Positions 24,934 to 42,863 of a stretch of 64,000 nucleotides of DNA are shown here, one piece after another (the stretch's first letter is position 1; the number at the start of each line of letters is the position of its first letter). The notes under the pieces were generated by a model. It was given only the letters and a program-made list of their open reading frames with translations, was not told the DNA's origin and searched no databases. A program made the translations under genes and the position numbers. Source of the stretch: Marsupella aquatica (Eukaryota > Plantae > Marchantiophyta); assembly GCA_973895155.1 (NCBI GenBank), contig OZ316893.1, forward strand, positions 26,462,798 to 26,526,797, in the 5' to 3' direction.

Positions 24934-26558
24934 TACCGTAATGCCCGGGCCAATCCCTATGGGCCTGCCTTCCTTGCACAGTGCAAAGCACTGGCATAGG
25001 GCTAGTTCACCATATAACCTTCTATTGAATACTACTGTAGGTGATCCAAGGTTGCAAGTTAGGCACCTCCAACTAGAGACCAGAGATCAAGGACCACCTG
25101 GTCGACCGTAACCAAAATAAGGGCACAATTTTCACTAAGCCAGGTCTTTCGGATTCCATTAGATGCAAAAGTAAATGCAAGATCCTACAAGACCACATAT
25201 TGTGGTGTTTGTTACATACATATAAAATAACATTTGGGGAGGTTGGGCTGCCACCTTATGCCCACAAGAACCTGGGCACTCCTTGGGACCCACCAAGAAA
25301 GCAGTGCAAAAGTTCCTCTGGCCAACCTACAGTACTTTTTGTCAGGATCCACCAAGTGAATACTTGAATTTCTCCATTTGCAACTCAAATCTTGAATGTG
25401 CATTCTTCTCCATAAATGTCCTAAAAATTAGAAAGTGAAAAAACTATGAATCTTGAATGTGCGTTCTTCTCCATAAATGTCCTGACAAGTAGGAAGCGAG
25501 AAATTCGGAATGTGCCGAGTATCGGAGTATGACTGTCCATCACTCCATCCAGGTACTGTAACCGGTAACAACTCAACTGCAGCTTCTCACGTGTTCAAAT
25601 GATTGGGACGAGAAGCGAGCGAGATTTCTTGGTGATCATTGCATTGACTCGCCGGCGGTGTATCAGTGTCAGTGTTGGGTCCTGACAAACTTTCTCGATG
25701 GTTTCTCCCTTCCATTCCGCTTCCTTGCTCCGAAGGCGGGCCCAGCTTAGAAAGCTATTCCAGTCCACCATAGGTGTAGTCTCGATCTCTCTTCTCTGCA
25801 CAGTTTGGACAGTCTTGATTCTCTTGAAAGGAATTCGGACAGGTGCTTTGCCATTCGACCCATTCGCAGGCCCTACAGCACTTTCGAAAATTTGACGGCA
25901 ATGTGCTGTGAACTGGAAACAGTGTGGGATGAAGGCACCCATTGTTTGGCTCGAGGTAAATTGTTTTTGCCTTGAAAACCGAAAGCAGGCCCATCCAACA
26001 GAGGAGAGGATAGACGGAGTATGCATTTCAATGTAGGGCTCGAGGTAAATTGTTGCTGTTGCCATTTCCCTGTGATTGAACTGTTTATTAGCAATCTCAT
26101 TGCTGTGTGCTTCGACCATCGTCGCGACCGTTGTTGCTGCTGCGTCTCCAGATCTCACAAGAGGTCAGCGGCTCTAGACATCGTCAGCAATATTTGGCTA
26201 TGTAGATTCGATCTCTTCAAGTTTCTCTCCCAACTAGTGTGCATTGATTGATTGCTGCCGTTCTGCGAGGTGTGATGCACTCCCACCCCCACCCTGTAAC
26301 AAGGAATTACTCGTCAAAGTCATCTTGTTAAGTTTCTACTGCACCATATGTTTTTTCCACAGGGATGGACTGTTTGCTGCATGACTGATTGATCAATGTC
26401 GTACTTTGGTCGTCCGATGGATATGTTCTTCAGTTCGCCTGTAGACGTGCCTGCAAAGCTCTCATTGACTCGCTAGCGACCTAGACTCTGCTGACGCTGA
26501 GCCGAGACCGGGAGTGCGAGGAGGAGCTCGCAATGTCCTAGGCGAGGAGGAGCTCACC

Positions 26559-28181
26559 ATGGCAGCGATGGGGAAGCTGGATTGGGGAGGCGGGACGGTA
26601 GGGGAGAGAAACGGGAAGTGGAACAGCAGGTCGTCGTCCAAGGGACTGCTGCCATGGGTGTGGGCGATACTCGTTGCTGCGTCGATGTTGTTCTACGCGT
26701 TGGCGATTTTCAGCAACTCCTTTTCTTCAAGGGAAGATAGAGGAGGGAATTCGCAGCTCGAGGGAGGAGGGTCGGTGTTGTTTGGAAATGCGAGGCTGGG
26801 AATCGAAATGCTGCAAAATGCTGCCGTCAAAGAGGAGCAGCTGCAACAGGAGGCGTGGTCTGGGGATTTGAGGGAGCTGGAAACTGCGTGGAATCGATTG
26901 TGTTTTGGAGAGAAGCCACCTGAGAATCTGCGTATTGCCCTGTTTGTGAAGAAGTGGCCCGTGGGAGGGACGCCAGGAGGGCTAGAGCGGCATGCCATGA
27001 CGTTGCACCGGGTTCTGGCAGAGCGTGGACATGATATTCACGTGTATACAGTGTCCGGCGATGGAGGATTTCCAGAGGATATTCATGAAGGAAACTTGCA
27101 CATCCATTTTGTGAAACCGAATTCTGGGGGAGGATTCAACTATTCAGATGCGTGGGAGAAGTATGCAAGGGGAAATCGGAGTCAGCCGTTCGACATCGTG
27201 CACTCGGAGAGCGTCGCTCTTCCGCACTGGAGGGCGAAGGATGTTTCGAACTTGGCTGCGTCATGGCACGGCATTGCGTTCGAAGTAATTCACTCCGATA
27301 TTGTACAAGATCTTATTCGCAAACCCGGGGAAGCCCGTAGCAACGAGCTCCAAAAGAGTTTGACAGAGCGGCTCTCGAGAGTTGCGGATGAGGTGCGCTT
27401 CTTCCCCAGCTACCAGCATCATGTTGCTACCAGTGATTACGTCGGCGACGTGCTGCGCACAATTTATGAGATTCCGGTCCCCAACGTGCACACGATCTTG
27501 AATGGCGTTGACGAATCGAAGTTCCATCCTGACCCCGTGCGAGGAGCTCAATTCCGCGCCAAGTTTGGAGTGCCTGCAAATGCCAGTCTTGTTCTCGGAG
27601 CGGCGGGGAGACTGGTCAGGGATAAAGGACATCCTCTCCTGTTTGAAGCCTTCAGCGAAATCGTGAAGCAGCATAAAGATGTGTATCTATTGATCGCCGG
27701 GGAGGGGCCATGGGGTGACCGATATAGAGAGCTTGCCCCCTACGCAAAGACTCTGGGCCCAATGACTCCGAAGCAGCTCGCAGAATTTTACAATGCTTTG
27801 GATATTTTCGTCAATCCAACACTTCGATCACAGGGCCTGGATCACACTCTTTTAGAAGCTATGCAATGCGGGAAACCGTTGCTCGCGACGAAATTCTCAA
27901 GTATCACATGGAGTGTCGTCATAAGCAAAGATTTTGGCTACACCTTCTCCCCCAATACAGAGTCTCTGATGTACGCGTTGAATGAGGTCATCAGGGACGG
28001 CAAAGAGAAGTTAAGACAGAAGGGAGAAGCCTGTCTTAACTACGCTTCGATCATGTTCTCGGCCACCAAAATGGGAGCAGCTTATGAACGACTGTTCTTG
28101 TGCATGAAAAACAAGAAATACTGCCATTACCCTCTGCCCCATGACTGTTCTCCTCATAGAAGTAAATACTTCAACCTCTGA
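26559..28181 (+). CDS. Glycosyltransferase family 4 (GT-B) protein, intronless, type II membrane
   Basis: ATG at 26559, TM segment, GGLERHA, DIVHSES, ILNGVD, GRLVRDKGH and DIFVNPTLRSQGLDHTLLEAM motifs. Confidence 0.93.
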   Translation: MAAMGKLDWGGGTVGERNGKWNSRSSSKGLLPWVWAILVAASMLFYALAIFSNSFSSREDRGGNSQLEGGGSVLFGNARLGIEMLQNAAVKEEQLQQEAWSGDLRELETAWNRLCFGEKPPENLRIALFVKKWPVGGTPGGLERHAMTLHRVLAERGHDIHVYTVSGDGGFPEDIHEGNLHIHFVKPNSGGGFNYSDAWEKYARGNRSQPFDIVHSESVALPHWRAKDVSNLAASWHGIAFEVIHSDIVQDLIRKPGEARSNELQKSLTERLSRVADEVRFFPSYQHHVATSDYVGDVLRTIYEIPVPNVHTILNGVDESKFHPDPVRGAQFRAKFGVPANASLVLGAAGRLVRDKGHPLLFEAFSEIVKQHKDVYLLIAGEGPWGDRYRELAPYAKTLGPMTPKQLAEFYNALDIFVNPTLRSQGLDHTLLEAMQCGKPLLATKFSSITWSVVISKDFGYTFSPNTESLMYALNEVIRDGKEKLRQKGEACLNYASIMFSATKMGAAYERLFLCMKNKKYCHYPLPHDCSPHRSKYFNL

Positions 28182-28553
28182 AGTGGCATTCGTCAACAAC
28201 CTCGGTGCTCTCCTCATCCAAGACTTGTCGACTAACCTTTCTAGCCAGATTAAGTCCTGGTACAGGCGTTCAAGAGACCTGCAAGACCGAAGTGCTCCCA
28301 AGGTCCTAAAATGCTTCGATTCCCTGAATAGAGAGCGCAAATATTTTGAACCGTAGAATCCCTGACAGAGATTTTTTTTTAATTTACCTGGACGCAAGTT
28401 TGCAGTTGAGTTGTAGTCAACTAAACTTCAGCGCCTGGGAGTATGGTTAGGCAGAAGCTCTTTGATCATGCTCTCAATAGTTTGTCACATTCTTTGCCAG
28501 ACCATGCGAAACTCATGATTGAGCTGGCATAAGCAGAAGGGGTCCACCGGATT

Positions 28554-28809
28554 TATCTTCGAACATGATGTCTCCATCTGTTGACTTAGTACATTCCCAG
28601 CGGAAGAAGAGATATATTTTCGAAAATATATGATGTCTCCCTCCATGTACTAAGAACATTCATAGCGGAAGACGAGATGTAAGTGTGAACATGGATTATA
28701 TCTCCGTCTATGTACTAAGTACATTCCTAGCGGAAGACTAGATGTATCTTCGAACATGGATGATGTCTCCGTCTGTTTACTAAGACATTCCTAGCGGAAG
28801 ACGAGATGC
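28554..28809. repeat. Tandem repeat, 64-65 bp x4
   Basis: Anchor AGCGGAAGA at 28599, 28664, 28729 and 28793. Confidence 0.88.
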
Positions 28810-28847
28810 AATAATCAAGCGGAATTAAAGGTTTGTCTGCGTCTACT

Positions 28848-28985
28848 GGTGCAAAGGTCAGGTTCCGCATCCAGAAACTCGTCAGTCGTACTTCTTTTCG
28901 TGAATCGCTTCTCTTGGTGCAAAAGTCAGGTTCCGTATCCAGAAACTCGTTAGTCGTACTTTTCTTTCGTAAATTGCTTCCCATT
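28848..28985. repeat. Tandem duplication, about 68 bp x2
   Basis: GGTGCAAA.GTCAGGTTCCG.ATCCAGAAACTCGT twice. Confidence 0.85.
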
Positions 28986-29985
28986 GTCCCGCCTATTGCT
29001 GTTGTGGTTGCGATTGGATTGGTGTAGCGGACACTCGATTACTGCCAGGATCTCCTAAGTTTTGTTGCGGAACATATAGCTTGGGGACTTTCGACAAAAG
29101 CTTATGTTTTAAATCTTTTTCCTCACAAACCTTCCATCAAACCTACATTGTTTACGCTGCACAGCCCGTCGTAGAGCATTTACAGATTTCACGAGTGCAC
29201 ATTTGATTTCTGTTGGGAACGTTGGTTCGTTTGGGCCGGGCATTTCCATACATAAACCTCTGGGGTTGAATGCATGGAAACCATTCCTGATTGAGTCCAC
29301 AGAACTCCATAGGCAGTGAATAGAGTCCTCATGCCAATTACCTTCACATCGCCCGCACCACCATTCGGCATCATTTCTAGAAAAAGGAATAACTACACCA
29401 TTATCATCCTTTCGAGTAGATCGTCTCCCAATGAAGTGTTTAGTTGCGAAAATCCTGTGTGCAATCTGCCATAGGAAGAAGTTCACCTTCATCTCACCAT
29501 ATGGTTTCCTGATATTTCTCCAAATAGTCATGTCATTAGGCACCATGCTCAACTCATTCCTCCACTTCTGCATCCCAATTATCTCTGCCTTTTCTCGAAG
29601 CTGAAATAATTGCCTGATACTAGCCGTCCAAGCATGAAAGAAATCTCTCCCATCTTGCCATAGGAATTGATGTGTGACCCCTACAATCTCATCAAAAGTG
29701 CCTTTCAAGCCTAATTCCATCTTATGTGTACTCCAATCCTTGACTTTTCAAGTGATCATCCTGTATAAGACCACTGCCTGCACAGGAACCTGCATGTGCT
29801 TATGTAACACCCCATCTTGAATCACAAAAGTATTACATGGGACTTGAACCAATTCGCCCGGTAACCAAACATGTTTCATCTATGCATTCCTGACTGGTAT
29901 TTCCCATACCAGATTCCCTTCATGAATCGGTATTTGAGACACATATACTTTACGTTCCTCATGCTGATCTTGCAACTGATCATAT

Positions 29986-30329
29986 TGTTAGATATTACTC
30001 TAGTCTTGTGACTCATGAGCTAACCACAATTAGTATAACTCGGGTTAGGACTTAGCTAATGTTAGCGGTAGTGTTGGTGTGTATATAGCCAGGGCTGATG
30101 CCAGACCCTGGTGGAACTTAGCCTCATCGTTACGGAGCTAGTTGAGAGATAGGGAGAGCTTGTGCTGTGGATGCTTGCTATGGCCGGTCAGCCTAGAGTG
30201 CAGTAAAGCTCTTGTGTGTTCCCGTGGACGTAGCCTCATGTGGAGGTGAACCACGTACCTCTCTGTGTCGACTATTGTGCGTTGGATGGTTCATGGGCTT
30301 GTTGTTACGAATGTAGTCTATGCTCAACA
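29986..30329 (+). mobile_element. Solo LTR (344 bp) of the same copia family as 8392-8734
   Basis: TGTTAGATATT...ATGCTCAACA termini, 5-bp TSD CATAT on both sides. Reverse complement aligns with the 5' LTR along most of its length. Confidence 0.92.
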
Positions 30330-30659
30330 CATATGAGTAAAGTTTGGAATTAGCCATAAGAGCCTCAAAAGGTCGCCTGCTTCCAATAAGTGCTCCCCTG
30401 GATCTCATGTCATCCCATGAATGAGGAATCCCCATTTCCGAACACACATCTTGCCATCTCTTTAGACCCAAGCTTCTTAATTGCCTTTGCTGAATAGATT
30501 TACAGCCCACCTTATTAACCAACACACGATGACAAGACCAAGGCCAAACTGGTGAATTCAGCAAGAACTGAGTGTTCTTTGGTACTGCAAACCTCAGAAG
30601 AGACTTTATCTTATTCCACAAAAGACAAAGCCCTGTCCACAGATCCGAACCTCCTGACC

Positions 30660-31079
30660 AATTGGTCGGGAGCTCTTTTCCCTTGGCGTGTTTTTGAATT
30701 ACCTAATGGTGAACTTGCTGCACCCACTAATGATATTAATACTACAGTCGCATTAGCTTTACCTACATCAGTAGCCTATTTTTATGCTGGCCCCCACAAG
30801 AAAGGACTAAGTTACTTTGGTAAATATATACAACCAACACCGGTACTTCTACCAATAAATATCTTGGAAGATTTTACTAAACCTTTATCACTTAGTTTCA
30901 GGCTTTTCGGAAATATATTGGCTGATGAACTGGTTGTCGCTGTTCCCATTTCCCTCGTGCCTCTGGTTATTCCTATACCCATGATGTTTTTAGGATCATT
31001 TACAAGTGCTATTCAAGCTTTAATTTTTGCTACATTAGCAGCAGCATATATCGGAGAATCCATGGAGGGTCATCATTAA
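30660..31079 (+). pseudogene. atpI: Plastid ATP synthase CF0 subunit IV, 5'-truncated nuclear copy
   Basis: NWSGALFPW...APTNDINTT...[15 protein letters not shown]...[10 protein letters not shown]. Confidence 0.96.
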
Positions 31080-31374
31080 ATTAAAAGTTAAGGCCAAGAA
31101 TTACTTAAAAGTAAATATATTTGAGAGTTTCTAGATTAATCATTAATAAAAGTTTACAAGAATTAATTCCTTAGTTAGAATTTATTTATAGAGAGGGATT
31201 ATTATAATTGGGAGTTTGAGAAAATTGTAAAAAACACTAGAATTTTTTTTGGTGATACTACCACCTTGAAAAAGAGACATTTTGAGTTATTAACTGCTTC
31301 GAATAGATAAAAAAATTTCAGTAAGCAACGGAAACTAGATTTTTATTTTGATAAAAATCTTTTACTAGTTTTAG

Positions 31375-31527
<153 letters not shown>

Positions 31528-32493
31528 TGAGTAGTATCAGTTATTTGTATAAATACTGATTCTAAACTTTTATATATATAACGAGAATGATAGATAGAAA
31601 TTCATTAATGGCAAGTTATTAAATCCAAAAAGTTTGCTGAATGTTGGTCATGTTTTGCACTTGTTAAACACCCACGAGTAGTCCTCACAACCCCACTTCT
31701 GAATGGACATTTCCTTAATCCGTGATTGTAATAAAATTTGTAGCGGATGATGCCCCTTAGAAATTGCAAACATAATAAACCTAGCTGCCAACGCCGCCAC
31801 CTGGTGTTCCATAGCAATCAACCCCACACCTCCTTCTGATTTCTTCTTGGAGAGAATTCAAAAATTAATCCGATGCTGAGCTGAAATATCTTTTCCTGCC
31901 CAAAGAAAATTAATCAGCTCCATTTTAATGTTGTGCAGCCAGATCCGACCTGCACCAGAGAGTCAGTAAGAACCATAATGATCCCATCAAGATATGGTTA
32001 ACAACCAGCACCCTGGCCATGAATGAGAGCGGCTTCAACAAAGCTTGAATCATTTTCTTCTCCAGTAATAATCAGAGTGATTGTACCATATTAGCGCTAT
32101 CAACCCCTTCCATCCCAAACAGGAAACCAAGGAGAGTGGAGTAGTTTCCTGGGCCTTCCCACTTCCATTTCAAATCAAGCAATTCAATAAGAATCGGATC
32201 GTTGCTCAATAGAATTGCCGTGGCTTCATCCCAATTGCACTCTAAACCAGATGCCTTAGCAAAAGTCTGAAACACTTCTTGACAGATATTAATATTCTTT
32301 CTCTCTCCATTATCTCATACTGGTATTCGAATTCCACTTAAGCTTTGGCAGCTGCTCAGAGGGATTACAAATTGGAATTTGTGGAAGGCTAGATGTTCTC
32401 TAGAAAAGGAGAGGACTAGAATCCCAGAAGTCGGAATTCAGATCAAAATCTGGGGGAAACTCAGCTTAAACATGAAAGTAGCCTGGCTTCAGA

Positions 32494-32760
32494 GTTATAG
32501 GCATTTAAAACTTTGTGATTCTCCTGTTCTTGGGGGACAGATGCTTAGAGGACGTATGATTCGTGACTTTGGGAGAGATGGTGGCTTATTTTGGATCATT
32601 GATGAAATATATTCTAGATCATTGATGAAATATACTCCACAATGAACAAGCCATCAATGATCCGAAATAAGCCACCATCTCTCCCAAAGTCACAAATCAT
32701 ACGTCCTCTAAGCTCCTGTCCCCCAAGAATAGGAAAATCACAGTGTTAAACGCCTATAAC
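32494..32760. repeat. Long inverted repeat (about 110 bp arms, 47 bp loop), MITE/foldback-like
   Basis: 32494-32604 is the near-exact reverse complement of 32652-32760. Confidence 0.9.
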
Positions 32761-32831
32761 CATCTTTGAGGATTAATTATCTGGAAATAACCACAAGGGA
32801 GTTACTTCCGGATAATTAATCCTCAAAGATG
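32761..32831. repeat. Second hairpin abutting the first
   Basis: CATCTTTGAGGATTAATTATC ... GATAATTAATCCTCAAAGATG. Confidence 0.88.
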
Positions 32832-33502
32832 TTTTAGAAGTCTGATTTTCCTCTATTTTTTGTGATTGGTCCTAGCTATGTGTGTGAAAAGTACATTGGA
32901 TTTACAATGAACGTGAAAGTGAAACTCAACCAAACTTGCAATGTCGGGGTATTAATCCCACAAGTTTTCAATGATAACTCTCCACTAAAAGCGCTTCTAG
33001 GGCCTCTACGAACTGTTGATGTCAACTAATGCACAACAGGCAACTTAAAGAGGAATAGACCTTATTTTGGTTTATTGCTGTAATATGATGCAACCACAAG
33101 GGTGGGAGTTCTCCTTCTTGGCTCCTCACAACCTGTTCAACAATAGAGGTTTGTGCTTGTAGAGGGGACTGAGGGAAAAGACTTTCAACCAAGACACTCT
33201 CTACGTTTTACTGGTCCTGGTATGCTAAGGAGCACTGGTTACTTCAATTTCAGTCACGCATTGCGAACAACTTGCACTTTGAGGGTCACAATTTTTAGCA
33301 CATAGTTCCTCCTCAACCCTATTTTATTGAGAAACACAACAATGGTGATTGTTTGGACATTTTTGTGAATAACTAGCAAATAAAGCACTTAAGAGAATTT
33401 CACAGATTGTATTGGGATGGAATTGGGTATGACAGGGATGGACATAGATATGATGGTGATGATAGTGGTGGAGATGGCTGATGCTGCCATCAAGTTTGAG
33501 AT

Positions 33503-34565
33503 TATCAGAAATCTTAGAAACCATGTGCTATCCAAAATAGGTATTTTTGATATAAATTAACTAAATTTTTAAAAAAACGTAGGAGGCAAAAAAAAAGTAT
33601 TATAAACTCATGTTTGTAGAATATTCTATAATATTTTTTCATACACTAAATAAGTTATTAATAATAAAAATGGAGAGTATTCTTGAAATTTATTTTTTTA
33701 TAAAATATGTCTATTTATATTAGACTATGATCGCATGTGATACCCCAAAATATACACTTAGTTAACCCCCAAGATGAATTTATCTGGGTTACTCATTTAA
33801 CTGCCTATGGAAATCGAGGCGAGTCTATATCAGAATGCCTAGCTTGTGCACTAGAGGAGGATAAAAGATGAAAGTATTACTCAAACTTTGATAATGGATG
33901 GTGATTATTTTATATCTTTTCACTTAAAATTGATATTATAGCCTAATTTTAAATTATTTTTGAATAAGTTAAAACAGTCAAGCATCAGAATAAACATGCT
34001 ATACTGAATAGTGGAGGAAGTGGAGATGGTAATAGCAGTGGAAAAAGTGACGGAGGCAGTGGAGAAAGTAGTGAAAATGGAGACAACAAATGCAAAGGTG
34101 GTCACGATGGAGGCACTGGACATAGCGGTGAAGGTGGTTCAATTGGGCCGATTAGTGCAAATGACATTCTTGGGGGGTTGACTATCAAAAATCTTAGGAA
34201 TCACATGCTATCCAAAATATGTATTTTTGATAGAAATTAACTAATTTTTTAAAAAAGCGTAGGAGGCAAAAAAAGTATTATAAACTCATATTTATAAAAT
34301 ATTTATTTTATACAGTAAATAAGTTATTAATAATGAAAATATAGATTATTCTTGGAATTTATTTTTTATAAAATAGGTTAGTTTATAGTAGGCTGGGATT
34401 GCACGTGGTACCCCAAAATATATACTTAGTTAACCCCCAAGATTGCATTGTGTTGGTTACTCACTTAACTGCCTATGAAAATTGAGGTGAGTCTAGAGAA
34501 CGCCTAGCTTGTGCATTAGAGGAGGAGGATGAACATATTACTCAAAATTTGATAATGGATGGTGA
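33503..34565. repeat. Direct repeat, about 400 bp x2 (33503-33905, 34183-34565)
   Basis: Collinear AT-rich copies from GCTATCCAAAATA to GATAATGGATGGTGA. Confidence 0.85.
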
Positions 34566-36954
34566 CTACCAAGGTCTTCCTACTCCAAAAGTATGCTGCT
34601 ACTTGGAGCCATGGACTAGTGAATCTTCCAGTTTGATTAATTCTCTGTAGACAAATGTACCTTAGCTTAGAATCAGCAAGGAAGTTATATTTTCTTCTGA
34701 GTCTTGAATAGACCTACTCTACGGACAAAATTGAGGGGAATAAGTTGACAAAGATGTGGAAGAATTTGGAAACCAAAGGTTTCTTGATCTGATTTTTTGA
34801 GTGAGTATCTGTACCACTAGCTTGTTGTGGTCTCTATAAGCTCAGCAAACATTTGAAAGTACATTAATCATGTATTAAACCCCATAACACACTAGCAGCT
34901 CAAGTGATTGGAAGCAAACTTTGAGAGGTTTTCTGCTTTGATAGATTATGGTCAAACTTGTCTGAAACTTGGTTAGAATCTTGCAATCAATTCTTTAGAA
35001 TGCACTGATTTCTGCTTCTTCCATAGGAAAATGCTAAGTGGAGTTTGAGATAACCAACTGTGATGTCTGTATGAGATGTCTGTATGTCCAAATGAATCAT
35101 GCGTGATGATTTTTGTCATCATTCCTATTAACATTCAAAGAATGAGCATTAAGGCTCTTGAAAAACAACATGAATAAAGAAAACATCACTAGTGTAGTTT
35201 GTAGTTTGCCAAAGTGACTAAGGCTTGTTAGAAACCTTGAAGCTAGTGATTTTTACCACTAAAAGCCCCAGGTTCTTTAAAACATGAAACATGGTGTTGT
35301 ATACTTATCTGATGACTAGAGTTCTCAATTCAAAAAAATAGACATGTAGTTTATTTTGTTGTTTTACTTGTTCCCACTATTCCTGAAATGACGCCAATGC
35401 AAGATGATCCTCCCTTATATCTCATTAAACTTCCATTGTATTTGTGAGGTCGTCATACAGGCTAATATGGCTTCGGACAATCAAAAAGCTAGCAAATCCA
35501 CTGTACTGGATTGTTACAATCAGATCTTCTCCATTCAAACCTTAGCCATCCTAGCCATTAAAAAGTTTCCTCATCCTTAGTGCTTAGACGACGCTCCCAC
35601 TGCCCTATCATGGGCCTGGGTTTCTGATACACCTCTCTGCTTAAGTGGGTTGATATATGGTTGCCAAATCCCCCACAATGGAGGAGTGGGTGCCCTCAAC
35701 TTATACATACCATCACCCCCAAAAGGGATTCAGGATCTATACATACCATCACCTCCAAAAGGGATTCAGGTCAATGGTTCCTTTAAAACTAGTTTACAAC
35801 AATGCCTTGGGGTTCCACTCTAAGATGCTGCACACCTCCATTTTTAAAAAGTGTTAAGTCTTTTGTTTGCAAAGGGCTTTGGTGAACCACACTTTGGTAG
35901 GGAGTTTGTGCAAAAGCTAAATGAGTTTCCAAGAACCCTCCTCAACAATCAAAAGGGGTTGATCCATTTGGGTCAGATGCGGAGTTACTCAAAAATTGAT
36001 TGAATACCTATTATAAAATGCAAAGCCGGTCAGCTGATGAGTTTCCCAGGACCGCTCCTCAAAGAATAAAAAGGGCTTATCACGTCTCCCCGGTTTGGCG
36101 TTTTCTACCCTTGGGCACTGTGATATATACTTATCAATTCCAGTCACAAGCATAACGCATCTTTTTTTTATTGAAAACCGCTTTTATAAAATACAAAGTG
36201 GGTCCCTCAAACTCAGAACCCATTTATAAAATACAAACCGGGTCAGCGAGGCAGATGGTCCTATCTTCAGTCTTCAAGGTCTTTGAGCTTCTTTTGCCAA
36301 ATGGAAAGGGTAATGTTTCATAGGGTAATGTTTCATACCCTTTCTAGCTTTTCAGAGCCCAAATTCTTTCCATCTTGTCAACACCTCTACAAATGTTTTC
36401 TCCTTTTATTATTGGGAATGTCTTTCCACCTTTATCGGTTGTTTTTCCTCCTTTATCGGTTCTCTTGCTTTGGGAATCCTATTTCCAAGTTTGGCGCCTT
36501 TTGTTTAGGGTGACATATAAAAATCATTGGAATTCCCCACTGCTACTTGTCACCAGATCAGTGATCTGGTGACGCCAAAAAACTAGGATTTGCAGTACCC
36601 ATATTCAAAGACAGGCTTTCTTCTACTCCATTTGGCACTTTTCTGTAAAAAGTTTGTATTTTTATTCTTTTAGTGTGAAAAAATGCTAAATTCCGCTGAA
36701 TTGAAAAGTCTTCTCCTCTTTTGGCTAAATCCTCTAGGTTTGTTTGCATTAGGCACTTTCCCACCTTACCACTGATGTCATCAGCCAGAATCTGATGGTC
36801 ATCTTTAACTCTAGCTTGGAGATCTACTGTCAGCATTAATCTAATAAAACTAGATAAGTAACATTCTTAGCATCTACTCTTTCCAGCTAACAATAACAAA
36901 CCTTAAAAACTCCTTTTCCCTTCTTCCCTTTTCTTTGGTATTCCTGTCGTTTTG

Positions 36955-37115
36955 GGAGTGTGATATATACTTTTCTTTTTACTTGTTTGGTGTTTGTTCT
37001 GTTCTCTTTGCATCTATTTTTCTTTTTCCACTTTTTGAGAGTGTGCTATATACTTTTCTTTTTACTTGCTTGGTGTTTGTTCTTTTCTCTTTGGATCTCT
37101 TTTTCTTTTTTCACT
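36955..37115. repeat. T-rich tandem duplication, about 83 bp x2
   Basis: GAGTGTG.TATATACTTTTCTTTTTACTTG.TTGGTGTTTGTTCT twice. Confidence 0.75.
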
Positions 37116-37998
37116 GTACTTTGTTTGTTCCTGATTTTGTTTTTTCCTGATTTTTATGAATGTTGGTGGAATTTCCCTTAATTAAAAACTTTGCTCTGCA
37201 GAGATTCATCCAATGGCTCGAGCGCTCCCCATAAATTGAAGTACTGAGAGAGTGACAGCTGTTAGAAGTGACAAGACGAGGTCTGGTCCGTCCTCTGTCT
37301 CTAACATCAGTCTCGTGGGATTCGTGTCGTGGGTGTGTTGTTGAAAGAGTTGCTCAATCCATCAACCAATTGGCTCATTCAATTCGCATGGGCACGGCGC
37401 ATTCTGTGCAATCTCGGTGACCGTGCGGACAAGCAATTCGTGTCCTCGAGTGTTCTGGTTCGGCTCGTTTGTCGTGGTGGGCATCTTTGACTTGGATTCT
37501 GTAGAATGGGCTACGATTTCTCGTCACCTTTCCATCATCCCCTCACTTGACAAGTGACGTCTCCTCTCTGGTGGCAAGCTCCAGTCGAAATTGCACCGTG
37601 CACGCAAAAGCTCCCGGCGATCAGGGTGCTGCACCTCCCTTCCCCTCCTGAGTCCCAATTCTCGCGATCAGTCAGTGTGCGAAGACGCGAATTGTAATCA
37701 GCACTGCAGGAAAGGCAAAACGGGAAAGGGTGTCAATGAACAGAGGCGGGTTGTAGGAAACTTGATCTGCAGGGGTGAGTGAATAGGAACAGTGAGGGAT
37801 GGGATGCGAATTGATTGTGTGATAATTTCTGATCTCTTAATCAAACAGCTTGCCATGAAACAGGAGGGAGGTACGTTAGCTATCAACCTGTAGTGTCTAG
37901 TCAGGCAGGCAGTCGGTGGGTTAGTCAAGCTAGTTAGTGTGCAACACAGTCAGCCAGCCAGCCAGCCAACAAGGCAGCAGCGACTCGAGGTAGGAGGC

Positions 37999-42863
<4,865 letters not shown>

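Noticed and set aside
24420-25111. Repetitive ORFs over the GC-rich minisatellite
   Set aside because: Open on both strands in several frames because of repeat composition.
11737-28181. GT2 plus GT4 as a biosynthetic gene cluster
   Set aside because: Both are conserved plant families, 11 kb apart with TE debris between. Adjacency alone is not evidence.
30552-31079. Functional nuclear atpI gene (175-aa ORF)
   Set aside because: The N-terminus is antisense L1 sequence, atpI is 5'-truncated, there is no transit peptide, and unedited codons remain.
33990-34140. Gly/Ser-rich coding exon
   Set aside because: Short purine-rich low-complexity tract between direct repeats, with no start or splice support.
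36034-36070. Hammerhead ribozyme core (CTGATGAG); also near 46360
   Set aside because: No closing stem II followed by GAAA and no flanking helices.
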